Shown here piece by piece: positions 1 through 10,100 of a DNA stretch of 64,000 nucleotides. The position numbers were made by a program, and so were the translations under genes. Numbering within the stretch: the first letter of the stretch is position 1; each line of letters begins with the position of its first letter. Source of the DNA: an uncultured Planctomycetaceae bacterium (GTDB taxonomy: Bacteria; Planctomycetota; Planctomycetia; Isosphaerales; Isosphaeraceae); NCBI GenBank assembly GCA_963833985.1, contig CAWIAD010000002.1:5760001-5824000 (forward strand), written 5' to 3'. The notes under the pieces were generated by a model that was not told the origin of the DNA, did no database searches, and saw only the letters and a list, made by a program, of their open reading frames with translations.

Positions 1-76
1 ATGGTTAGATGGACTATGAGCAAACGTACAAGCTGTTTCGTCAGCATCAAGTGGCATTGGTTCCGGAGGCCGTGTG

Positions 77-3000
77 ATGCGCCTGGTAAGTGCTCTCGTG
101 ATGATCCTGGCTTTGGCGGCCGGCGTGGCGGACACGACGCGTGTTCAGGACAACGATACTGCCTTGACGCAGCTGGTCTTGCACGGACGATACCGCGAGC
201 CGAAGCCGGGCGGATCGAAGGAGTTCGCCGTCCAGGAAAAAGCGCTCCAGTGGGAGCCTGAGCAAACGGCCATCATCATCTGCGATATGTGGAACCAGCA
301 CTGGTGCAAGGGGGCGACGCGGCGCGTCGGCGAGCTTGCACCGGTGATGAACCGGGCGGTGGCCGCGGCCCGCAAGCGCGGCGTGCTGATCATCCATGCC
401 CCCAGCAGTTGCATGGACGCCTACAAGGACCATCCGGCTCGGCGGTGCGCGCAGACGGCTCCGAAGGCGGCCAACCTGCCCACGGACATCGAAGGCTGGT
501 GCAATCGCATCCCGGCGGAGGAGCGCGGGGTTTATCCCATCGACCAGTCCGACGGAGGCTGCGACGACGGGCCGAGGTGCCCGGAAGGGTCGCCCTGGAA
601 GTCGCAGATCGCCGCCATCGAGATCCATGACGAGGACGCCATCAGCGATTCGGGCGTGGAGATCTGGAACCTGCTGGAGAGCCGTGGGATCCGTCACGTG
701 ATGCTCATGGGAGTTCACACGAACATGTGTGTTCTTGGCCGTCCATTCGGGCTCCGCCAGCTTGCCCGCCACGGCAAGGATGTAGTGCTCGTTCGCGACC
801 TGACCGACACCATGTACAACTCGCGAAGCTGGCCGTACGTCAGCCACTTCGAGGGGACGAACCGGATCATCGAGCACGTGGAGAAATACGTCTGCCCGAC
901 GATCACATCCACCGACCTGACCGGCCAGCCAGCGTTTGCATTTCAGCCCGACAACCGGCCGCGCGCCGTCTTCGTGATCGGCGACGACGAGTACCGCACC
1001 GAGAAGACCCTGCCTGCGTTCGCGAGCTCGGAGCTGGAGCCCCTGGGCGTGCGCTGCACGTTCGTGGTTGCCGACCCCAAGACGCCGCACGATTTCAAGG
1101 GGATCGAGGCTCTGAACGACGCCGACCTGATGGTCCTGAGCGTGCGCCGGCGTGCTCCCACGATCGAGCAGATGAGCCTCATTCGCAAGTATCTCGAGTC
1201 GGGCAAGCCGCTGGTGGGCATCCGCACGGCGTGCCACGCGTTCGACGTACGCGGCCAGGCGCCCGCGGGTCACGCCGAGTGGCGGTCGTTCGATCCCGAC
1301 GTCCTCGGCGGCCATTACACGGGCCATCATGCCAACGAGTTGAAACCACGGGTCTCGACCGCCAGGGGAGCCGAGAGTCATCCGATCCTGGACGGCGTCA
1401 AGACGCCGTTTGCCGGACAGGGCTCGCTCTACAAGACGAGTCCGCTGGCAGCCTCGACGCGTGCCCTTTTGCTCGGCGAGATTGCCGGCCAGCCCGTCGA
1501 GCCGGTCGCATGGGTGAATCTCGCGGGGTCGTCGCGCGTCTTCTACACCTCGCTGGGCCATCCGGGCGACTTCGAGAACAGCGCCTTTCGCCGCCTGCTG
1601 CGTAATGCCGTGTTCTGGGCGATGAACCGCTCGCCGTCTGCTGGAACCAGCGCGAACTCAGCTCCCAATGCGACCTATCACGTTTCGCCGGGCGCAAAGC
1701 AGGCCGTGGCGGCCTTTCACGTTCCCGATGATTTGAAAATCGACCTGGTCCTGTCCGAGCCGGAGGTCCGCCAGCCGGTGAGCCTGAGCTTCGATGAGCG
1801 CGGGCGGATGTGGGTGGTGCAGTACCTGCAATATCCCTCGCCGGCCGGCCTCAAGATGGTCAGTCACGACAGCGTCTGGCGCACTGTGTATGACAAGGTG
1901 CCCCAGCCGCCCCCGCACCACGTTCGCGGCAAGGATAAGATCACCATCCATGAGGATACCGACGGCGACGGAGTGTACGACCGCCACAAGACGTTCGTCG
2001 AGGGTCTGAACATTGCCACCTCGGCGCTGCGCGGCCGCGGGGGCGTCTGGGTGCTCAACCCGCCGTACCTGCTCTTCTATCCCGATCGCAACAATGATGA
2101 CGTGCCCGACGGCGATCCCGAGGTGCATCTTCAGGGTTTCGGGCTCGAGGATACGCACTCGGTGGTGAACAGCTTGCGGTGGGGGCCCGACGGCTGGATC
2201 TACGCAGCCCAGGGCTCGACCGTGACCGGCCACGTGACGCGGCCCATCGTGGACAGGGGCAAGGAGCCGGTGCATTCAATGGGGCAATTGATCTGGCGCT
2301 ATCACCCCGAAACCGGGCGCTACGAGGTCTTCGCCGAGGGAGGCGGCAACGCGTTCGGCGTCGAGATCGACAGCAAAGGAAGGATCTTCTCCGGCCACAA
2401 CGGCGGCGACACGCGGGGGTTTCATTACGTTCAGGGGGGCTACTATCAAAAGGGCTTTGACAAGCACGGGCCGCTGTCGAACCCCTACGCCTTCGGCTAC
2501 TTTCCCGCCATGAAGCACAATCGCGTGCCGCGGTTCACGCACACCTTCACGATCTACGAGGCCGATGCGCTGCCTGAGCACTATCGCGGCGTGCTCTTCG
2601 GCGTCGCCCCTTTACTCAACCATGTCGTGATGAGCGAGGTTCGGCCCGACGGGTCATCGCTCCGGACGCATGACATCGGCCACGCCGTGACGACCACCGA
2701 CCCGTGCTTCCGGCCTGTCGACATCACGCTCGGCCCCGACGGTGCGCTCTACATCGCCGACTGGTACGACCGCCAGATCAACCACTACCGCAACCACGAG
2801 GGGCAGATCGATCCCGGCTCCGGTCGGATCTATCGCCTGGCAGCCCGGGATGGCGCTCGATCGACACGGCCCGTGAACCTTTCCGCGCTGACGACGGCCG
2901 GGCTGGTTCGTTGCCTGGCCAGCCCCAACCGATGGGTGCGCCAGACGGCCCTGCGGCTGATGGGAGACCGCAAGGACGCGTCGGTTGCTCGCGAGCTTCA

Positions 3001-4582
3001 CGGTCTGCTCGCGAGCGGCACCGGTCAGACCTCACTCGAGGCGCTCTGGGCCCTGAACCTGATCGGCAAGCTGGACGAAGCCACGGCCCTGGCGGCGCTC
3101 GATCACGGCGACAAATATGTTCGGCTCTGGGCGGCGCGGCTGCTCGGCGACGACGGGCAGCTTTCACCGGCACTGGCCGCGAAGCTGGCCTCACGCGCGG
3201 CGGTCGAACCGGACGTCGAGGTCCGCAGCCAGCTTGCTTGCTCCGCCAGGCGGCTGCGCAGCAGCGATGCCCTGCCCATCATCACCGCGCTCTTGACCCA
3301 CGACGAGGACGCGCACGACATCCACCTGCCGCTCTTGCTCTGGTGGGCCATTGAGGCCAAGGTCTCGACAGACCCCGACGCGGTCTTGAAGCTCTTTGAG
3401 AATCACGCGCTCTGGGACCGGCCCATCGTGGCCCGCAAGATCACCGAGCGGCTGATGCGCCGGTTTGCCGCGGCCGGCACTCGCAAGGACCTGGACCGCT
3501 GCGCCCGGCTGCTGGTGCTGGCGCCCGATGCCCGGCATGGGAAAGCTCTCATGGCAGGCTTCGAGGCGGCCTTTGCAGGCCGCTCGCTGGCGGGGCTGCC
3601 TCAGCCACTGGTCGATGCGCTCGCTCATTACAGCGGTCAGTCGGTCACACTAGGCCTGCGCCGGGGCAAGCCGGAGGCGATTGCCGAGGCTTTGAACCTG
3701 CTGGGGAACGAGCAGGGCGACCGCGCCAAGCAACTGCAATACCTTCAGATCCTGGGCGAGATCCGCGTGTCGGGCGCAACTCCCGTATTGCTCAAGCTGG
3801 CCTGCCACTCGCCCGATAACGCCTTGCGGGCTGCCGCCCTCGGGGCGCTGGTGAACTATGACGACCCTGCGATTGCCACGGAAGTTCTCAAGACCTGCGG
3901 CAGCCTGTCCGACGACCTGCAAGCGGCCGCCCAGGGATTGCTTGTCTCGCGTCGCGTCTGGGCCATTCAGCTTCTGGACGCGATCGAAGATCGCACCATC
4001 GATCCGCGCACCGTGCCCCGCGAGACGGCCGAGAAGCTTCTCCTGCTGGGTGATGAGCGCATCAAGGACCGGGTGACGCGCCTCTTCGGTCCCCTCACGC
4101 CGGCCACCTCGGCCGAGCTCCAGGCGCAGATCCAGCATCTGGCGGCTGTGGTGCGATCGGGTCCCGGAGTTCCCAAGCCGGGCAAGCAAATCTTCCAGGA
4201 GCAGTGTGCCCGCTGCCACACGCTTTTCGGCAAGGGCGGAAACGTCGGGCCCGACCTGACAACCTATCGCCGCGACGACCTGGAAGGGATGCTGCTGAAC
4301 ATCGTGAACCCCAGCGCCGAAGTTCGCGAGGGCTATGCCAGCCAGGTCATCGCCACGAGCGACGGCCGTACCCTGAGCGGCATCGTCGTCGAGCAGGACC
4401 CGAACGTGATCGTGCTCCGAGACAGCGATGGCAAGCAACGGACCCTGGCCCGCAGCACCGTGGAAGAGATGAAGGCCTCCCGCGCCTCGCTCATGCCCGA
4501 GGGCTTGCTCAAGGCGCTGAGCGAGCAGCAGGTGCGCGACCTGTTCGCGTACCTCAGGAGCACGCAGCCGCTGATCGATTGA
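77..4582 (+). CDS. Secreted multidomain protein: isochorismatase/nicotinamidase-like + ThuA-like + PVC-type membrane-bound dehydrogenase (beta-propeller) + HEAT repeats + C-terminal c-type heme domain
   Basis: GGAGG at 65-69 before ATG 77; signal peptide; ICDMW...HAPS...GVHTNMCV (cysteine hydrolase fold); GKPLVGIRTA...RVFYTSLGH (ThuA); DERGRMWV, FRPVD, GALYIADWY (PVC dehydrogenase propeller); CARCH...GPDLT...SLMPEGL (heme c). Confidence 0.9.
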   Translation: MRLVSALVMILALAAGVADTTRVQDNDTALTQLVLHGRYREPKPGGSKEFAVQEKALQWEPEQTAIIICDMWNQHWCKGATRRVGELAPVMNRAVAAARKRGVLIIHAPSSCMDAYKDHPARRCAQTAPKAANLPTDIEGWCNRIPAEERGVYPIDQSDGGCDDGPRCPEGSPWKSQIAAIEIHDEDAISDSGVEIWNLLESRGIRHVMLMGVHTNMCVLGRPFGLRQLARHGKDVVLVRDLTDTMYNSRSWPYVSHFEGTNRIIEHVEKYVCPTITSTDLTGQPAFAFQPDNRPRAVFVIGDDEYRTEKTLPAFASSELEPLGVRCTFVVADPKTPHDFKGIEALNDADLMVLSVRRRAPTIEQMSLIRKYLESGKPLVGIRTACHAFDVRGQAPAGHAEWRSFDPDVLGGHYTGHHANELKPRVSTARGAESHPILDGVKTPFAGQGSLYKTSPLAASTRALLLGEIAGQPVEPVAWVNLAGSSRVFYTSLGHPGDFENSAFRRLLRNAVFWAMNRSPSAGTSANSAPNATYHVSPGAKQAVAAFHVPDDLKIDLVLSEPEVRQPVSLSFDERGRMWVVQYLQYPSPAGLKMVSHDSVWRTVYDKVPQPPPHHVRGKDKITIHEDTDGDGVYDRHKTFVEGLNIATSALRGRGGVWVLNPPYLLFYPDRNNDDVPDGDPEVHLQGFGLEDTHSVVNSLRWGPDGWIYAAQGSTVTGHVTRPIVDRGKEPVHSMGQLIWRYHPETGRYEVFAEGGGNAFGVEIDSKGRIFSGHNGGDTRGFHYVQGGYYQKGFDKHGPLSNPYAFGYFPAMKHNRVPRFTHTFTIYEADALPEHYRGVLFGVAPLLNHVVMSEVRPDGSSLRTHDIGHAVTTTDPCFRPVDITLGPDGALYIADWYDRQINHYRNHEGQIDPGSGRIYRLAARDGARSTRPVNLSALTTAGLVRCLASPNRWVRQTALRLMGDRKDASVARELHGLLASGTGQTSLEALWALNLIGKLDEATALAALDHGDKYVRLWAARLLGDDGQLSPALAAKLASRAAVEPDVEVRSQLACSARRLRSSDALPIITALLTHDEDAHDIHLPLLLWWAIEAKVSTDPDAVLKLFENHALWDRPIVARKITERLMRRFAAAGTRKDLDRCARLLVLAPDARHGKALMAGFEAAFAGRSLAGLPQPLVDALAHYSGQSVTLGLRRGKPEAIAEALNLLGNEQGDRAKQLQYLQILGEIRVSGATPVLLKLACHSPDNALRAAALGALVNYDDPAIATEVLKTCGSLSDDLQAAAQGLLVSRRVWAIQLLDAIEDRTIDPRTVPRETAEKLLLLGDERIKDRVTRLFGPLTPATSAELQAQIQHLAAVVRSGPGVPKPGKQIFQEQCARCHTLFGKGGNVGPDLTTYRRDDLEGMLLNIVNPSAEVREGYASQVIATSDGRTLSGIVVEQDPNVIVLRDSDGKQRTLARSTVEEMKASRASLMPEGLLKALSEQQVRDLFAYLRSTQPLID

Positions 4583-5308
4583 TCAAGGCGTTTTCACCGG
4601 CAGGTCGCTGTCAATCCGCGCGGCCAGATCGACAATCGCGCGAACCTTCCTGGCATGCACGCGATTCCCGGTTGCCGCTGATGCATCCGCCACGGCCGAC
4701 CCGAGATGGACCTCGCGCACTCCGGTGGTCGTGACCAGCGTCTGCAAGTCTTCCGCCTTCAACTGCCCGCCCGCCATGACGGCGATCCGCCCCTGGGCCT
4801 GCGCGACGAGCCTGCGCAGGTGGGTGCTCCCTTCGATGGCCGTGTTCTTGCCGCCCGAGGTGAGCACACGATCTACCCCGAGCGCGATCAGCGCATCGAG
4901 GGCCTCGTGCAGGTCGCGGGCCACGTCGAAAGCCTTGTGAAACGTGACGGACATTGGCCGGGCGAGCGCGACGAGCCTGGCGGCGGAGTCAGTGTCGATC
5001 GTCCCGTCCAGCCGCAACACCCCAAAGACCACGCCCGCGGCACCGAGCATCTTCGCCGTCACTATATCTAACTTCATGGCGGTCAGCTCGGCCTGTGATG
5101 GCACGAAGTCGCCCGCGCGCGGGCGGATCAGGACATGGACGGGGATGTTCAGGTGTCGACAGGCCTCGGCGATGGCCCCCGCGCTCGGCGTGGTCCCGCC
5201 CACGTCCAGGTCGGCACACAGCTCCACGCGGTGCGCCCTGCCCGCGCCGGCCGCGAGCGCGGACTCGAGATCACCCGCGCAGATTTCGACCGTCAGAGAG
5301 TTGCTCAT
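4583..5308 (-). CDS. cutC: Copper homeostasis protein CutC family
   Basis: VEIC, RVELC, GGTTPS, LIRPRAGDF, TFHKAFD, RVLTSGG motifs. Confidence 0.93.
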   Translation of the reverse strand: MSNSLTVEICAGDLESALAAGAGRAHRVELCADLDVGGTTPSAGAIAEACRHLNIPVHVLIRPRAGDFVPSQAELTAMKLDIVTAKMLGAAGVVFGVLRLDGTIDTDSAARLVALARPMSVTFHKAFDVARDLHEALDALIALGVDRVLTSGGKNTAIEGSTHLRRLVAQAQGRIAVMAGGQLKAEDLQTLVTTTGVREVHLGSAVADASAATGNRVHARKVRAIVDLAARIDSDLPVKTP

Positions 5309-5405
5309 GTCGATGGAGCGATTCCCGGGTTCCTGGCCTGTGGGCGATGCTCCATAGACGTGTCGAATCAGTTCCTGGAGCCGAGCGAAATGATCATGGG
5401 CTTTT

Positions 5406-5618
5406 TCAGAATATCCTCGAGGTAGCGGAGCTCCTGTTCCGCGCCTCGGGGTTGTCGCTACGCAGTCTCTTGAAGGCGTAGTGGTGCTCGGATGCCCAGA
5501 TCAGCATCGTTTTCAATCTTTCCAGTTGCCGGTCAACCGGAGCCGGAGTTCCTCTTGCCTGGTCCCTGGGATGGTGTCCGGGCAGGAGGTATTCTCTGTC
5601 GTTCATGGTTGAGCTCAC
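5406..5618 (-). CDS. Small hypothetical protein, possibly frameshifted near 5440
   Basis: 70-aa helical-looking ORF upstream of cutC; an alternative frame continues EQELRYLEDILKK. No family recognised. Confidence 0.3.
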   Translation of the reverse strand: MSSTMNDREYLLPGHHPRDQARGTPAPVDRQLERLKTMLIWASEHHYAFKRLRSDNPEARNRSSATSRIF

Positions 5619-5807
5619 GATCGATCCTTTGCAGCAAGATAGCAGAATCAGTTTGCCGAATCGTTACACAGTCTGCCAGTGAAGGGAGTTCTCTCCAACC
5701 GCTGGCGTCCGGGTGTTTCACAAGTTACGATTCAGGGATTCCCGGGTGGGCCCAGCTCATTGCGGCCCACGCAGCACCCGCCCGCTCACATGCAAGGAGA
5801 TCCCGCC

Positions 5808-7175
5808 GTGACCGACCGACCGCAAGCGATCTCTCCCGCATCGAATTCAGCATCGCCCGTGACCGAAAACGGAGACGGAACCACTTCGCGGCGTGATTTT
5901 CTGATAGGCTCAACCGTGGCGGGGGCGGCTGTGGTTTCCAGCAGCCTGTTCGTGCCGCTGGTGCACGCCGAGGGAAGCGGCACGCTCAAGATCGGGCTCG
6001 TGGGGTGCGGAGGCCGCGGCACCGGAGCGGCCGAGCAGGCGCTCACGGCCGATAAGGGCAACCGGCTGATCGCCATGGGAGATCTCTTCGCCGACCGGCT
6101 CGAGGATAGCCTCTCGGCGCTCAACGGATCCGCCGTCGCCAAGCAGATCGAGGTTCCGAAGGATCGCCAGTACAGCGGCTTTGACGCCTACAAGCACGTG
6201 ATCGACCAGGTCGATGTCGTGCTCCTTACCACGCCGCCCCATTTCCGGCCAATGCATCTGACCTATGCGGTCGAGAAGGGTGTGAACAGCTTCGTCGAAA
6301 AGCCCATGGCCGTCGATGGCCCCGGCCTGCGCAAGTTTATGCAGGCCTGCAAGGATGCGAAAGCAAAGAACCTGTCGCTGGTCAACGGCTTCTGCTGGCG
6401 GTATGACGGGCCGAGGCGCGAGACCATGAAGCAGGTCTTTGACGGCAGGATCGGCAACGTGGTCGCCATCGAGACGACCTACAACTCGCAGGGCGTGTGG
6501 GAACCGCGCAAGACCCGCGAGCAGTGCAACTCCGACATGGAGTACCAGCTCCGCAACTGGTACTACTACTGCTGGCTCTCGGGTGACCACATCGTCGAGC
6601 AGGCCATCCACGGCATCGATACGATGAACTGGGTGATGGAGGGGAAACTCCCCATGCGCTGCTGGGGCGTGGGCGGCCGGCAGTCGCGCACCGACGCGAA
6701 GTACGGCAACATCTGGGACCATTTCTCGGTGGTCTACGAATACCCCGACAACGTGCGCGGCTACCATCATTGCCGCCACTGGGTGAACACGCCCACCCAG
6801 GTGAAGGATTACATTCTTGGTGCCAAGGGTATGGCCGACGTCTTCGGCAGCGCCATCACGGGCGAGAACAGGTGGCGCCATCGCACGGGCAGGGTCCGCA
6901 CCGGCCAGGCCGGCGGCGAGCACCGAGACATGTACCAGGTGGAGCACGACGAGATGTTCGCCGCCATCCGCGCGGGCAAGCCCGTGAACAATGGCGAGCA
7001 GGCCGCCATCAGCACGCTGCTGGCACTCATGGGGCGTGAGGCTGCTTACAGCGGTGAGAGCATCACGCCGGAGCAGGTGCTGAACTCCAAGCTCGACCTC
7101 GGCCCGGCCAGCTACACCTTTGGTCCCAACAAGGTCCCGCCCGTGCCCGTTCCGGGGTTTACTAAGGTGGTGTGA
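5808..7175 (+). CDS. Tat-exported Gfo/Idh/MocA family oxidoreductase
   Basis: AAGGAG before GTG 5808; twin-arginine SRRDFL; GLVGCGGRG Rossmann motif; EKP motif; SGDHIVEQAIH. Confidence 0.92.
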   Translation: MTDRPQAISPASNSASPVTENGDGTTSRRDFLIGSTVAGAAVVSSSLFVPLVHAEGSGTLKIGLVGCGGRGTGAAEQALTADKGNRLIAMGDLFADRLEDSLSALNGSAVAKQIEVPKDRQYSGFDAYKHVIDQVDVVLLTTPPHFRPMHLTYAVEKGVNSFVEKPMAVDGPGLRKFMQACKDAKAKNLSLVNGFCWRYDGPRRETMKQVFDGRIGNVVAIETTYNSQGVWEPRKTREQCNSDMEYQLRNWYYYCWLSGDHIVEQAIHGIDTMNWVMEGKLPMRCWGVGGRQSRTDAKYGNIWDHFSVVYEYPDNVRGYHHCRHWVNTPTQVKDYILGAKGMADVFGSAITGENRWRHRTGRVRTGQAGGEHRDMYQVEHDEMFAAIRAGKPVNNGEQAAISTLLALMGREAAYSGESITPEQVLNSKLDLGPASYTFGPNKVPPVPVPGFTKVV

Positions 7176-10100
7176 GCAGGCTGCCTTCAGAAGGCGCCGG
7201 GCTGGCTTCTCGGACCTGAACCGTGCCGTCCGCCCCGGCGCTGGCCAGCCGGTTTCCATCAGGGCTGAAGGCGACGCTGGTGACGATGTCGGTGTGACCG
7301 CGGAGAGTGAGCACCTCCTGGCCGCTTTCGGCGTCCCAGAGCCGCACCGTCTGATCCTCGCTGGATGTGGCCAGCCGGCGGCCATCGGGGCTGAAGGCGA
7401 CGCAGAGAACGGACCGCATGTGGCCTTGCAGCATGGTCATCTGAAGGCCGCTGGCCACGTCCCAGACGATGACCGTGGAATCCCAGCTCGCCGAGGCGAG
7501 TCTGCTTCCATCGGGGCTGAAAACCACGTGCGAGACCAGCCGGCTATGGCCGTGAAGCTGGCGGACGACCTTGCCCGAGGCGAGCTCCCAGAGTGTCACC
7601 GTGTTCGTGTTGTCAGCCGTGGCCAGGAACCGTCCATCCGGGCTGATGGCCAGGTCGCGGATCATGCCCGTCGTCATCCCGTCGCTGCGCCAGAGGATCG
7701 CACGGCGATCCAGGTCGAAGACCACCACCAGGCCGTTGGCATAGGTGTCGTTGGGAGCGGCCTCGCCATTATCGAGCCGGGCATGGACCTGTCCCGCGAC
7801 AGCCAGTTTGCGTCCGTCCGGGCTGAAGGCCGCGCTCTGGAACCGGCTGGTCTTCTCATCGAACATGAAGCAGGGTTGCTGGTTCAGGACCCAGCGGATT
7901 TCAACCGAACCGCGCTGCGATGCCGCGGCGACCAGCCGGCTGTCCGGGCTGATGGCAATCCCGTCCACGGTCCGATGCCCATCGAATTCACGGGCGAAGA
8001 CGAGGGTCTGTTCCTTCATGGCCTGCTTCGTTTCCAGCACGGTCAAGAGAGGCTGCACCCGCCCGTTGGCGTTTTCCAGGTTTGCCGCAACGAGCAACCG
8101 GTGCCCGTCGGGGAAGAAAGCGACTCGCGCGATGGGACCGATTTCACCGTGCCATGCGAGCAGCTCGGGATCGCGGTCGGCCTCCCAGATCTTGAGAGTT
8201 TGATCGGAGCTGCCGGAGACGAGGTGGCGGCCGTCGGGGCTGAAGGTCACGCAGTTGACGTTCTGCTTGTGGCCGCGCAGGGTGAACAGCTCGTGGTTGC
8301 CCGCGGTTTCCCAGACCTTGATGGCGCCGTCGGCGCCCCCGCTGGCAAGCCGTCGGCCGTCCGGGCTGAATTCGACATGAAGCACCCAGTCCAGGTGGCC
8401 GGGCAGCGAGCGCAGCAGGTCGCCGGTCGAGGGATCCCAGAGCTTGATGGTCCGATCCCAGCTCGAGGTGGCGATCATGGTTCCGTCAGGATGATAGGCC
8501 ACGCACGTGAGCGGCCCGCTATGGCCGCGGATGGTCCGCACGGGCTCGCCAGTCGCGGCCTTGCGGAGGATCAGCTCGCCCGGCCTGCTGGCGGTCTGCG
8601 GGACGGCCAGCGCGGAGCCGCTCGCCGACGCGAGGATCTGGCCGTCGGGGCTGTAGACAAGTCCGGTGACGCTCTGGGTGTGACCGGAAAGCTGGCGCAG
8701 CAGGTGGCCCGTCGCGGCGTTCCAGCAGCGGACCACGCCACGCCCGCGCATGTGGTCGACCTCTTCCAGCGGCGGATAGCCGTGGCCCGAGGCGAGCATC
8801 TCGCCATCGGGGCTGTACGCCAGCGCATACACCGAGTCGCGGCACTTTGGTAAGGTGCGCACCAGCGCCCCGGTGTCTGTATTCCAGATGAGGATGTCCC
8901 CGCCGTCTCCGCCGGAGGCCAGCAAGTGGCCCCGGGGCTGGAACGCCAGCGACAGGGCATAGTGCTTGTGCCGTCCCAGCAGCCTGATCGCCTGGCCGGT
9001 GGCCGCGTCCCAGAGCCTGATGCTGCCGTCCCTGCTCGCCGAGGCCAGCCTCCGGCCATCCGGACTGTACCGCACGCAGGTGACCGACCAGGACTGCGAG
9101 GACGGCGGGGCGTGGTTCACGGAGAGCAGGGCGTGATGGCACTGGCTCATCAGGTACCGCCATTCCCAGCCCCGCAGGGTGGGCGGGCAGTCCTCCAGCA
9201 AGCGTTCCGCCCGATCAATATTGTTGGCCGACCATTCGCGCTCGGCCAGCGCCATGCGATGGAAGTAGAGAAAGCTCTCGGCGCGGAGACGCTGGCGGCC
9301 CTCGGCGGAGAGCGCTTGCTCGGTGGTCTGGAAGAGGTATTCCAGCCGCACGTGGTAGCGATAGCCAACGGCCAGCACGAAAATGGCCAGCACGGTGACC
9401 ACTCCCATGAGCCCGAGCGCTGCCTCCATGGGCCTGCACCGCGCCCGCCGCAAGCAGCGCTCGAAGAGGCTGATCGGTCGTGCCCGGACGGGTTCTCCCT
9501 CCAGGAAGTGGCGCAGGTCGCCGGCGAGCTCGCGGGCCGAGTCGTAGCGTTGCCTCGGGTCCTTGGCCATCGCCTTCATGCAGATGCTTTCCAGGTCGCG
9601 CGGCAGGGAGGCCACCAGCCGGCGCGGGCTGCGCGGCTCGGTGTCGATCACGCGCGAGAGCACCTCATGGCGGCTACCCGCGAAGGGGATCGTCCCGGTC
9701 AGCAGCTCGTAGAGCACGACACCCAGGCTGTAGATGTCAGTGCGATGATCGACGGCCAGCGCACGGTTGCGTCCCGCGGCTTGCTCCGGGCTCATGTAGG
9801 CGGGGGTGCCGATGATGGCCCCATCGTGAGTGAGCTGGGTTGCCTCCTGATCCAGGTAGGCCAGGCCAAAATCAACGATCCGGGGCTCGCCCGGCCACAG
9901 CGTGCTCGACTTTCCGCCATGGGTGATTGGCCCAACCGCATCAGGATCAAGCATGATGTTACCCGGCTTGATATCCCGATGGATGGCACCCATGGAGTGA
10001 GCATAATCAAGCGCGTCGGCAATGCGGGCAACCAGCTCGGCGACCGTGCCGTGAGCCAGGCGGCGGGTGGCCATCAGCTCGCGCAGCGAGGTTCCGGTCA

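Noticed and set aside
47..1561. Long antisense ORFs (also 5910..7385, 7120..8853, 8926..10806, 14404..16317, 50666..52708, 58835..61372)
   Set aside because: Shadow frames of well-supported genes in high-GC DNA; no recognisable motifs.
5309..5618. Fusion of the small upstream ORF to CutC
   Set aside because: It needs two separate frameshifts, and CutC begins at its normal N-terminus.
7200..9100. Recurring CCGTCCGGGCTGA-like nucleotide repeats resembling a CRISPR array
   Set aside because: They encode the FSPDG motif of WD40 repeats, vary at synonymous positions, and there are no cas genes.
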